From positions 85,126,001 through 85,190,000 of the forward strand of contig NC_088798.1 in the NCBI RefSeq assembly GCF_011386835.1: a DNA stretch of 64,000 bases. Reading direction: 5' to 3'. Shown here in pieces: positions 48,151-59,625 of the stretch. A program made the translations under genes and the position numbers. Under the pieces are notes generated by a model. That model was not told where the DNA came from. It worked only from the letters and a program-made list of their open reading frames with translations, and searched no databases. This stretch comes from Chrysemys picta bellii. Its lineage: Eukaryota. Position 1 is the stretch's first letter, and every line of letters starts with the position of its first letter.

Positions 48151-49601
48151 CAAAGCTAACAACGCTTTGTTTCACAGAGCTGTGCATTACAAGTTTCACC
48201 ATTTAATTATGGGTGATTTCTCATGCCTCATATTCCACTCTAGTCACATTTTCAACAAAACTAAACTTCAGTGGGACTAGTTGTATGCAAAACTAACTTC
48301 ACCCTCTCACCCTGAATAAATACTGTAGTTTGCTATGATGCCTACAAAAAACTTCACAATGGTGAGGCAACTGGTGTGTTGAAACCACTGCCTATCATGT
48401 TGACCAATTCTGTCTCACTGTTTCTTTATATTCCTGTCCTCCTGTATCCAGCTGTTGTCGCTTGTCTTAGACTCAGACTATACGCTGCTTTTGCTCTGTG
48501 TTTGTACAGCACCTGGCATGCTGGGGTGCTGATATCTGGCTAGGACCTTTAGACATTACCATAATACAAATAATAAATAAGACAACAGGAGAGCTCTGTT
48601 TGTAAAGATGAAAATTTCTATGGTCACAAGTCTTCGTAACCAGAAACAACGATAAAGATACTTTTTTGTGTAAGTATTAATGAGGTTTGGGTAACTAAAA
48701 TGTATGTTGCAGTGGTGTTTTAAGGATTTGGGCTGATACTGTATTTTACAGTAGTTCTCACCGCCTAGGAGGTAAGACCAATTTGGGTGGTAAATGCTTG
48801 AGAACAGAGAATTTTACCAATTTATTGTAAATGAGGAGGTGCATGTTGTGCTTATTTTGAATTCTCTGATAAATGAATGTTTATCCTGGAATCAATGGAT
48901 TTGGATGAATGGCAGATTGAAGCACCGATTGCCTTCTTACAAGGAGAATTATCTTAAATCAGATCTCCTTTGTTTGATGAAACCTAAACTGCAGAGGGAA
49001 TATTTAAACATCTAAAGAGAAAATCCATAGATAAGCTACCACAGGCTTACATTTAACAGAACTAATTGTCTTTATCGCTTCTTCTTTCAATACAACTTCT
49101 AATAAAATGCTGAGTCTAAATATCAAAATACGGTATCATTAATATCCTCTGATCAAGATTTCCTGATAATTGGGCTTTAGAAATACAAAAGTGTTGGTAT
49201 TTGGATGGCTTAGCAGATAAAACTTCTGTTCACTTGTGGGTCCCCAAGCCAAGTCCAACCTGATATTCCAAGTGAGATGAGTTTAGTAAAAGGAGTTAAA
49301 TGAAACCAGCTACAGATGCACTTTAACCTTTTAGAATAGTTGGCAATCCTTACTTGGGGAAAGACAAACCACAGTTTTCCTGGTGAAAGGCTCTGAGGCA
49401 AAATCAATGATGTTCCTTCACCTCAGTTATATATTTATTCTTGGCATATTTTGGCTGCATGCAATGTTCATTTTCTTAGGTTCATAAGTGTTTTACAGGC
49501 CTTTTCAAAGTCTGCAGTACATATTCAGACAACAAAATACAGCTGTGAAGAACTGTTTTCAATTTATACACAATTCAAACTCCATTGTGTGTACTTTATG
49601 C

Positions 49602-49655
<54 letters not shown>
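49602..49655 (+). repeat. Compound (AT)n(CA)n microsatellite
   Basis: Read directly from the sequence. Confidence 0.95.
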
Positions 49656-49659
<4 letters not shown>

Positions 49660-51328
49660 GCGCATATTGGGCCTGATTCCCCATTCCCTTTCATCTTTAG
49701 TCTTTTATTGTTGTGTAAAAACAGAATGGCCACATTTTACATCAACTTTGAACAGATGTAAAGGGCAAAAAAAAGAAGGCAAGACTAGAGAATCAGATCC
49801 ATTGTAGATATTGCTGTACTCTGTGTGTCCACGCTTGTTTTTATTTAATTTGCTGTTCAGAGCGCGTTAAAACTGGCTGAAATATTTGAAAGGCCACTAA
49901 TTACCATTCTAAAAAGAGGAGATAATTACTAGGAGTTTCTCATAAAAATCATTCTATTCCTCTTAGCTATGTCTAATCACTCACTACTTGTTTACAAATG
50001 GGTTTGGTCTCATATATAATGATAACAGATGTTTCTCTGGCAGTCAAAAATCAAACTTTCAACATTCAGTTGATTTCTATTATGGAGAGGCTTAGTTTCT
50101 CCATAGTTAAAGATGAAACTAAATTCCCATTAAAAGCCCAGTTTTGATGCCCCTTGCCTTCTCTAATCCACAAACAAAGGATGGGGAACAAAAATGGTGT
50201 GAGAGAGCTGTACCACGTTATAAATCTCCCCTTCTGTTAATTATTTATCACCTTTTTTGTCAGCAAAAATACAGAAAGAAGGAAAGCTATAAAACTTATT
50301 TCACTACACTCTAGCTGAGTTCTAGTACACAGAACCCAAGTTTAGATAATTAAAGTCTAATTTTAAAAGTTATTGATAATTCCATTTCTCCATTAGCAAT
50401 GTTAGAATGGACCACTAGCTCAGACACAAGTTTAAAACGGACACCAAATGAATATTTGAGACCTCTTTTTCCTGCAACTCTTTTCCTGGCAAATCTCAAT
50501 GGAAAGAGGATAATTTTAATATCACAACTGCAGTCATTTAGAGAAGGCATCTGTAATTAATGGACTGACAGTACCTGATTTATTACACCCAAAATTAAGA
50601 GGAGGTCATCAGATTTCAAAAAATCTCTTTTGGGGGGGGGGGGGGGGCACTATAGACTGGCAAAAAGAAGAGAGAAGGAAATAGATAAAACATAATTTAA
50701 TGGATTCATCTACTCAGATCTAGTGCATGGGGATTTTGTTGCTTAGAGTCCAATTTTAAAAGTTATTAAGATTTTAAATAGACTCACCAGACTGGTACAT
50801 CGGCTCTGACAAGCTAATTTAGGCTCCCTGGCAGCTCCAGAGATGCTGCATTGACTGCTGGAACTGACCAGTTTAAATAAACTCTTCGCATCATAACAGC
50901 CATGAACTAAAATACACTCTTCAGAATTGGAATGAGACTGAGGTGTTTGAATAAGCTACACAGAAGAGCCGGGAGCACCAATAAACTCCTTGGTTTGCCC
51001 AAGATTAGTCATACAGGGTAGAAAGCTCTGAGGGATGGAGTTTGCAAGGAAGAGCACTTGTTAGTGGCTTGGACAATGTATGTTGCCTAATTTCACACCT
51101 TAGGAGGACTAAGGGGGCTTGGAGGGAGCAGTAGAAGAAGTCCAGTAGTAGAGCAGGGGACGGACCACAGAAGAAGTCTCATCCTGGGGCTTGAGGGAGC
51201 GGGGGGACAGTGCAGCAGGGGACGTTCTCCCTACCTGCAAACCACATAAGGATCACCACAGGAGTAGAGCTCTGCCCAGTGCACTTTTAAAATCTGCAGA
51301 ATTGGGGATTCATTCCCGAAGTGAGGCC

Positions 51329-52197
51329 TGTGATGCTGACAGACCAGGTGCCAGTTCATGCCAAAGTCCCAGGCCAATTCACTTGTGTTTTACTATAGAT
51401 TAAAATGATCATTAAATGTATAAGAATGTATTTCATTGGTGTTTAAACTTCATGAAACTAGTTGGACATTATAATCTAATAGCAAATGCTTACATTGTAT
51501 ATACCTCTGTAACTAAATAACCCATCAAACCAGAAAGCCTTGTGTAATGCAAATGAAGAACTTTAGCAGGAAAGTGCTAATTCTTGCACATTTGAAGGCA
51601 AGTGGTCATTGTGTGTGATGACCAGAGATCACAAACTCTAAATGAGTTCCTCTCTGTCTCCACCAAAGAAAGAGCCCACATAGAAAATAAGCTGACAGAG
51701 TCATCACCTATGAGAAACTGCTATAAGTATGGATTCAGAAAAAGATCCTGCATCTCAGGACGGTGTGGATTCTAACGGAAAAATAATTGTACAAGAAAAC
51801 GGAGCTCCCTAGTGTTATTCTGGGTAGCCCTGAGAAACTTTTGAGAGACTGACAGATTATTACATCTCTGCTATCATTTGGAATTATAGACTGTCACCCA
51901 CCGCTAATATATTTTACCTGTTTTAACTTCTCAATAACTCTCACTTCTTTTTCTTCGCTTTTTGAGACTGGGAGAAACCTGAAATATTTGTGGTTTTTGG
52001 TGTAAGTGACCATTTATCACACAGTCCAGCCTCCCTGGTGTGCAAGGTAGACTGGAGTGTCTAAGGGGACTGTCTGTGACTCCATCATAAGACTATTGTA
52101 GTACTTTGGCAGCTCACATTTGGTACTGGGTTGGTGAGATCTAATTATAGAACATAACACCAGTTTGAGGTATCTGCCCTTCTTCTGACACTCAGGG
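51329..52197 (+). mobile_element. Solo LTR related to 22998-24050, 3' end eroded
   Basis: Starts TGTGATGCTGAC. CTGCTATAAG TATA-like motif. 51830-52197 aligns with the reverse complement of about 23020-23520 with internal deletions. Confidence 0.7.
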
Positions 52198-52223
52198 ATA
52201 AGTAAGGCTAAGCTTTTGTCACA

Positions 52224-52313
52224 GTTATTTTTAGTAAAAGTCAGACAGGTCATGGGAAATAAATAAAAATTCACGGGAGCCTGTAACCTGTCTGTGACTT
52301 TACTAAAAATAAC
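52224..52313. repeat. Inverted repeat at the start of an unclassified DNA-transposon fragment
   Basis: GTTATTTTTAGTAAAAGTCAGACAGG pairs with CTGTCTGTGACTTTACTAAAAATAAC. Confidence 0.55.
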
Positions 52314-52597
52314 CAGGGGGCAGGCTAGGTAGGGGACAGGAATGACAGCTGGAGTCCCATGGTGGGGGACTGACAGGCCATGACTCAGGTGTCTATTTTT
52401 AGGTATCTAATTTTGCAAATTTTAACCCCCTCCCCTCCAAAAAACCCCAAAACGTTTAGCTCAGAAAGCCCTACTAGCCTGTAGACACCTCAAGCAGAGA
52501 GATCATAGAATCATAGAATCATAGAATATCAGAGTTGGAAGGGACCTCAAGAGGTCATCTAGTCCAACCCCCTGCTCAAAGCAGGACCAATTCCCAG

Positions 52598-55366
52598 CTA
52601 AATCATCCCAGCCAGGGCTTTGTCAAGCCGGGCCTTAAAAACCTCCAAGGAAGGAGACTCCACCACCTCCCTAGGTAATGCATTCCAGTGTTTCACCACC
52701 CTCCTAGTGAAATAGTTTTTCCTGATATCCAACCTGGACCTCCCCCACTGCAACTTGAGACCATTGCTCCTTGTTCTGTCGTCTGCCACCACTGAGAACA
52801 GCCGAGCTCCATCCTCTTTGGAACCCCCCTTCAGGTAGTTGAAGGCTGCTATCAAATCCCCCCTCATTCTTCTCTTCTGGAGACTAAACAATCCCAGTTC
52901 CCTCAGCCTCTCCTTATAAGTCATGTGCTCCAGACCCCTAATCATTTTTGTTGCCCTCCGCTGGACTCTTTCCAATTTTTCCACATCCTTCTTGTAGTGT
53001 GGGGCCCAAAACTGGACACAGTATTCCAGATGAGGCCTCACCAATGTCGAATAAAGGGGAACGATCACGTCCCTCGATCTGCTGGCAATGCCCCTACTTA
53101 TACAGCCCAAAATGCCGTTAGCCTTCTTGGCAACAAGAGCACACTGTTGACTCATATCCAGCTTCTCGTCCACTGTGACCCCTAGGTCCTTTTCTGCAGA
53201 ACTGCTACCTAGCCATTCGGTCCCTAGTCTGTAGCAGTGCATGGGATTCTTCCGTCCTAAGTGCAGGACTCTGCACTTGTCCTTGTTGAACCTCATCAGG
53301 TTTTTTTCGGCCCAATCTTCTAATTTGTCTAGGTCCCTCTGTATCCGATCCCTACCCTCTAGTGTATCTACCACGCCTCCTAGTTTAGTGTCATCTGCAA
53401 ACTTGCTGAGAGTGCAGTCCACACCATCCTCCAGATCATTAATAAAGATATTAAACAAAACCGGCCCCAGGACCGACCCTTGGGGCACTCCGCTTGAAAC
53501 CGGCTGCCAACTAGACATGGAGCCATTGATCACTACCCGTTGAGCCCGACGATCTAGCCAGCTTTCTATCCACCTTACAGTCCATTCATCCAGCCCATAC
53601 TTCTTTAACTTGGCGGCAAGAATACTGTGGGAGACCGTATCAAAAGCTTTGCTAAAGTCAAGGAATAACACATCCACTGCTTTCCCCTCATCCACAGAGC
53701 CAGTTATCTCATCATAGAAGGCAATTAGGTTAGTCAGGCACGACTTCCCCTTCGTGAATCCATGCTGACTGTTCCTGATCACTTTCCTCTCCTCTAAATG
53801 TTTCATAATTGATTCCTTGAGGACCTGCTCCATGATTTTTCCAGGGACTGAGGTGAGGCTGACTGGCCTGTAGTTCCCCGGATCCTCCTTCTTCCCTTTT
53901 TTAAAGATGGGCACTACATTAGCCTTTTTCCAGTCATCTGGGACCTCCCCCGATCGCCATGAGTTTTCAAAAATAATGGCTAATGGCTCTGCAATCTCAC
54001 CCGCCAACTCCTTTAGCACCCTCGGATGCAGCGCATCCTGCCCCATGGACTTGTGCACGTCCAGTTTTTCTAAATAGTCCCGAACCACTTCTTTCTCCAC
54101 AGAGGGTTGGTCACCTTCTCCCCATGCTGTACTGCCCAGTGCAGCAGTCTGGGAGCTGACCTTGTTCGTGAAGACAGAGGCAAAAAAATCATTGAGTACA
54201 TTAGCTTTTTCCACATCCTCGGTCACTAGGTTGCCTCCCTCATTCAGTAAGGGGCCCACACTTTCCTTGATTTTCTTCTTGTTGCTAACATACCTGAAGA
54301 AACCCTTCTTGTTACTCTTAACATCTCTTGCTAACTGCAACTCCAAGTGTGATTTGGCCTTCCTGATTTCACTCCTGCACGCCTGAGCAATATTTTTATA
54401 CTCCTCCCTGGTCATTTGTCCAATCTTCCACTTCTTGTAAGCTTCTTTTTTGCGTTTAAGATCAGCAAGGATTTCACTGTTTAGCCAAGCTGGTCGCCTG
54501 CCATATTTACTATTCTTTCTACACATCGGGATGGTTTGTTCCTGCAACCTCAATAAGGATTCTTTAAAATACAGCCAGCTCTCCTGGACCCCTTTGCCCT
54601 TCATGTTATTCTCCCAGGGGATCCTGCCCATCTGTTCCCTGAGGGAGTCAAAGTCTGCTTTTCTGAAGTCCAGGGTCCGTATTCTGCTGCTCTCCTTTCT
54701 TCCTTGTGTCAGGATCCTGAACTCGACCATCTCATGGTCACTGCCTCCCAGGTTCCCATCCACTTTTGCTTCCCCTACTAGTTCTTCTCTGTTTGTGAGT
54801 AGCAGGTCAAGAAAAGCTTTGCCCCTAGTTGGTTCCTCCAGCACTTGCACCAGGAAATTGTCCCCTACACTATCCAAAAATTTCCTGGATTGCCTGTGCA
54901 CCGCTGTATTGCTCTCCCAGCAGATATCAGGGTGATTAAAGTCTCCCATGAGAACCAGGGCCTGCGATCTAGCAACTTCTGCTAGTTGCCAGAAGAAAGC
55001 CTCGTCCACCTCATCCCCCTGGTCTGGTGGTCTATAGCAGACTCCAACCACGACATCACCCTTGTTGCTCACACTTCTCAACTTTATCCAGAGACTCTCA
55101 GGTTTTTCTGCAGTTTCATACCGGAGCTATGAGCAGTCATACTCCTCTCTTACATACAACGCAACTCCCCCACCTTTTCTGCCCTGCCTGTCCTTCCTGA
55201 ACAGTTTATATCCATCCATGACAGTACTCCAGTCATGTGAGTTATCCCACCAAGTCTCTGTTATTCCAATCACATCATAGTTCCCTGACTGTGCCAGGAC
55301 TTCCAGTTCTCCCTGCTTGTTTCCCAGGCTTCTTGCATTTGTGTATAGGCACTTAAGATAACTCAT
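52598..55366 (-). pseudogene. CR1 ORF2 (APE endonuclease + reverse transcriptase) with one premature stop
   Basis: ORFs 55127-55366 and 52598-55081 are in frame and separated only by a TAG at 55127-55129 (probably from GAG). Motifs: [39 protein letters not shown]. Confidence 0.93.
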
Positions 55367-55484
55367 CGATCGTCCCCCTTTCTCAGCATGAGACAGGAGT
55401 CCTCCCCTCTTGCACTCTCCTGCTTGTGCTTCCTCCCAGGATCCCCACTTACCTCAGTGCTTTGGTCTCCTTCCCCCGGTGAAC

Positions 55485-55891
55485 CTAGTTTAAAGCCCTC
55501 CTCACTAGGTTAGCCAGCCTGCTGGCGAAGATGCTCTTCCCTCTCTTAGTTAGGTGGAGCCCGTCTCTGCCTAGCACTCCTTCTTGGAACACCATCCCAT
55601 GGTCGAAGAATCCAAAGCCTTCTCTCCGACACCACCTGCGTAGCCATTCGTTGACTTCCACGATTCGACGGTCTCTACCCCGGCCTTTTCCTTGCACAGG
55701 GAGGATGGACGAGAACACCACTTGCGCCTCAAACTCCTTTATCCTTCTTCCCAGAGCCACGTAGTCTGCAGTGATCTGCTCAAGGTCATTCTTGGCAGTA
55801 TCATTGGTGCCCACGTGGAGAAGCAGGAAGGGGTAGCGATCCGAGGGCTTGATGAGTCTTGGCAGTCTCTCCGTCACATCGTGTATCCTAG
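55485..55891 (-). pseudogene. CR1 ORF1 C-terminal SGNH/GDSL esterase domain, 5'-truncated
   Basis: LLHVGTND and RDGLHL blocks. The first ~45 aa of ORF 55485-56024 are flanking, non-element sequence. Confidence 0.85.
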
Positions 55892-57839
55892 ATTGTCTTC
55901 TTGTTTTCCAAATGTCATGCATGTCTATACTTGTTGTTACTAAAATATTTAAATCAGCCATTGTTCGCTGACACTTTTTAATAAAGTTGTTCATTATTAT
56001 AAAAAAAAAATCTACATTTTCCACTCTCTCTAGGTGAATCTGCTGCAGCGTTTATATTTTCCCACTGTAGGTAGAATTCAAATGGACTTGTCCGTCCACC
56101 CACCTCTGAAGCACAGAGGTGTGAAAATTGCACGCACAATGGGGACAGCTGCATCAAGAAGGTTTCATTCCTAGAGAAAAGCAGCTTTAAGTTCCAGCTA
56201 GGGCTTCACAAGAACCACACTCATGAAGGTTCCCCAAGAGATGTGCTGAATCAATTAATGCCCTCTATCTGGTCTGGCTTCAAGTAATCCCTGAGCCAGC
56301 CATATGCACTTTTGGGGGCTTTACCAGGTCAGTTCTGAGTCTCTGTCAGAGCAGGGGGTGCAGGTGGCTTATGCCGCCCCTGCTCTATTCCATACAGATT
56401 TTGCGCCACTAGAAGCCTCCAGTTAGTGCTAGTACTAAAATGGTAAGCATGTTTGATGGGAAAAAATTAACAAAAAATAATTCTCTAAATTGTTCTTGAA
56501 AAAAATGAAATATTCAGATTTTTCTATGAAAAAAAACTGAAAATATTTTTTTTTAGTTTTGGGTTTTTCACTTTTTGGTGTTCTTCTCCCTTTCTTTTCC
56601 TTCCTATCTCCCACCCTTTTGCCCCATATTTTCCTTTTTCCCATTTTTGCCTCTGAAAAGAGGGAGTGGGAGGGAGAGAGAAAGGAGAAAAGGTGCCGGG
56701 GGCGGGGAGTGAGGCGAGAGAATGATTATTAAAGAAACAGGATACCAACATTACAACGAAACCTCACCCAAGTGACCAGCCAAGGAACTAGAATAAAGTA
56801 ATTTGCTCAGTAGTAAATTTTTTTTTTTTAAATAAAAGTAATCATTGAACAAAAATGTATTGTAAGCCACAAAGAAGATGATATAATATGGATTGTGAAG
56901 GCAGTTGATTAAGAGAGGTGTTTCTTAGGGCAGATTTCACTTAGGACTTCAGGAAACAAAATGAGGAAGAAATTGCCAAACAGGGCCTGTCTAACAAGTT
57001 GTAGAATATTACTAATTGGGATCCTTTCATTGGGAATATTTAGGATACTTATAGAAAGATCAAAAATATGCAAAGACCCGAGGCCAGTTTATCTTAGAGA
57101 AAGGAAGTTGGATATGATGATGTCTTATCAAAACGAAAGTTAAAGTCTCTAAGGATCAGATTTTCAAGTGCTCAATTAGGAACAATTAGGGTCAGAATTT
57201 CAGAAGAGCTCAGCTGCCATTTAGGTTCCTAAGCAAGGTTCAGTATGCGGAGCTCTTTGGAAACATTGCCATTTACTTTCTTGCCTAAATGGGAGTTGAG
57301 CTCTTCTAAAAATCTGGACAGAAATGGATACCACCACACACCTGGCACTTGGCAGTTACATTTTGTACAAGGAGGTGGAGATGGAGGCTACTTATAGCAA
57401 AGAGTGGTTTAGAGGTTCCTTTTCAGGAAAGTGAGGAACTGGTCATGTTCCACATAGACTCATGCTGCAGGACTGCAAGTCATTTACTATAACCCAACAG
57501 CAGCCTGCCTTCCTTTAGCCCAGGACTTGAGAAGTCTGTGCTCACACCCCGATTATCTCACCAGTGTGCCTGAGGCATTGCAAAAATTGGATTGCTTCTC
57601 TGGGGCTAATATGGTCCCACTTTCTCCTTCTAGCTGTGGCCACTACTCCCCAGCTCCTTTACAAATTCAATAGCATCTACTTCAGAGTTTTGTATGTCTT
57701 CAGAGTTGGAATGGGAGAGCTGTTGTAAAATAGATGTGCTGATTGTGGCCCTGATTTGGTAGAAAAGAGGGAGAATATGCCATGTCTTTTTCTCAGCAAG
57801 CTTAAAATCAGGATCCAATTGTATAATAGCTTCTACATA

Positions 57840-58150
57840 GGAACGGCGTATCAGACCAGACCAGACCAGAGATCCCTCCCCAATCCAATATTCTCTCTGT
57901 GAAAGTGACCAATACCAGCTGCTCAGAGGAAGGTACAAGGTACCCTGCAGTGGGCAATTATGGGATCACATGCTCCCAGGGAAAGTTTCTTCCTAACCCC
58001 TAATGCTTAGAGGTGCCTTAAAGCATGAGGATTTATATCCCTTCTAAAACTCTTGCTCAGTCTCTCTTTAAATATTTATTACAACAACTCTGGACATTCT
58101 TTTCCAACCCTTTTGGAATTCTTCTAAGCTTTTGGCCTTGATAAAATCAT
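57840..58150 (-). mobile_element. Old CR1 3' fragment
   Basis: CAGACCAGA..CCAATACCAGCTGCTCAGAGGAAGG..GAAAGTTTCTTCCTAACCCC..TTTTGGCCTTGATAA. Confidence 0.55.
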
Positions 58151-59456
58151 GCCACCATGCATTCATGCAGCCATGTATTCTGTTTTCCCTTTAGTCAAAC
58201 TAATATTGCCAGTATATCCTCTTCTCTGTGAAACATGCACTTTATATGTCAGGCTAAAATCCATCTATATGTACTACTGGACAGTTACAGAGGCTTTTGA
58301 TTTCAAACAGGATTTCCCTTCTGTGGCTTTGTGTATTTTGTTTTGTTTTGTTTTTCCCCAGGAGTGTTTATCCTAATGAAGACACATCATTGGCATTTTA
58401 TTCCTTAAGGCTGGGAAAGAGCATGGAAGCTTACATCCATATTCCAGATGGTGGAGTTCAAAGGAACATCTGCCTTCTCTGTCTACTGTGTGCCTGCATT
58501 CTGATGTAGAGGCTTCTGCCATCTCTTTAAGAAGTCCATTCAGCAAGTACAGTAATGTAAATTCTTTCTTCTGCTCCCCATTCCTCCTCCTCCTCTCTGT
58601 GGATTTTTATTGACTGCAGCACAAAGCATCCATGCTCATCTAAGGTTTCAGTGTATTTTTTTAAATTGCAATAGCTGCCTAACAGGAAGTCTATTATCAG
58701 CATGTGTCAGCAGCTGGTGAAGCTATGATATGAGAATCTACAGTATTGGCTCCAGCCTGCGGCATGAACCTCAGCTAGATAAGGCTGGCTGTCACTGAAA
58801 TGGCCAATCTGTGGGACAGTTGCAGTTATCACCAGGGAGGGAAAGGAAGGATTGCAGCCCCAAGAGCGGCAGGCCAGCACAAATGAAACGCTATCCATCC
58901 AGAAATTGTGAGCATAGGTATGTGCAGTTCCCTTGCTATCTATATGTCATATATCCCTGCTGTGTATGTCCAACAGGAGGAAGGCTTTAGCTGAAGATGT
59001 GCCAACTTGTTCAGTAGTACCAGGAGACGGATCTGTTCCCTTTCTCAGGGATCTGGCACCTAAATGAGCTCCACAAAGAGCTAGATGCACGTTAGTCAAT
59101 TAAAGCACAACTTAACACTGTCCTGCATGTGGACCCTAGATACCTCTTCCAAGAGTCTGTCAACATCTCCAAGCCTACATACCCACCTATAATGCTGTAT
59201 ATATAAAATCACCCATCTGCAACTCTTTCCATCTCTCCAAATAGAAACATTACAGGAGCCCACAGAAAAACTAAACAGCTATGTGACTAATCTCTGTACA
59301 CATGCTTTCCTAATTAACCTAGTAAGAAAATCCCTCTCTCTCTTCACATACTTTATAGACCAACACTACATTTTACTCACTTCTCTCTATAAGCTCTGAA
59401 GTACAGCTCTGTACTCCCTTCTTATCATTACAGGTAATCTGAATATACTGTGCCTT

Positions 59457-59625
59457 CAGTGCTTAATTTGTAATGAAAGAATTGCCAAGGCTCAAGCAAT
59501 TAGGTTCTGGGGCTCAAGCAATATTTTTACACTAATAACTGATGCAGCAAGCCCCGGGGTGCTGGGATTATGAACTGCCAAGCCTAGAGGTGCCAGGGCT
59601 TAGCCCTGGCAAAAATTAAGTACCG
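59457..59625. mobile_element. hAT MITE (169 bp)
   Basis: TIRs CAGTGCTTAATTT / AAATTAAGTACCG. Perfect 8-bp TSD TGTGCCTT (59449-59456 and 59626-59633). Confidence 0.85.

Larger units (their letters stand above)
52502..55891 (-). mobile_element. Young 5'-truncated CR1 LINE (~3.4 kb)
   Basis: 3' (ATTCTATG)3 microsatellite tail at 52502-52527, complete ORF2, and the 3' half of an esterase ORF1. Truncated at about 55891. No TSD visible. Confidence 0.95.

Noticed and set aside
52502-52527. Short direct repeats resembling a CRISPR-like or regulatory array
   Set aside because: This is the standard CR1 3' (ATTCTATG)n tail. There are no spacers and the context is eukaryotic.
52925-55943. Plus-strand ORFs of 70-160 aa within the CR1
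   Set aside because: Antisense shadows of CR1 ORF1/ORF2.
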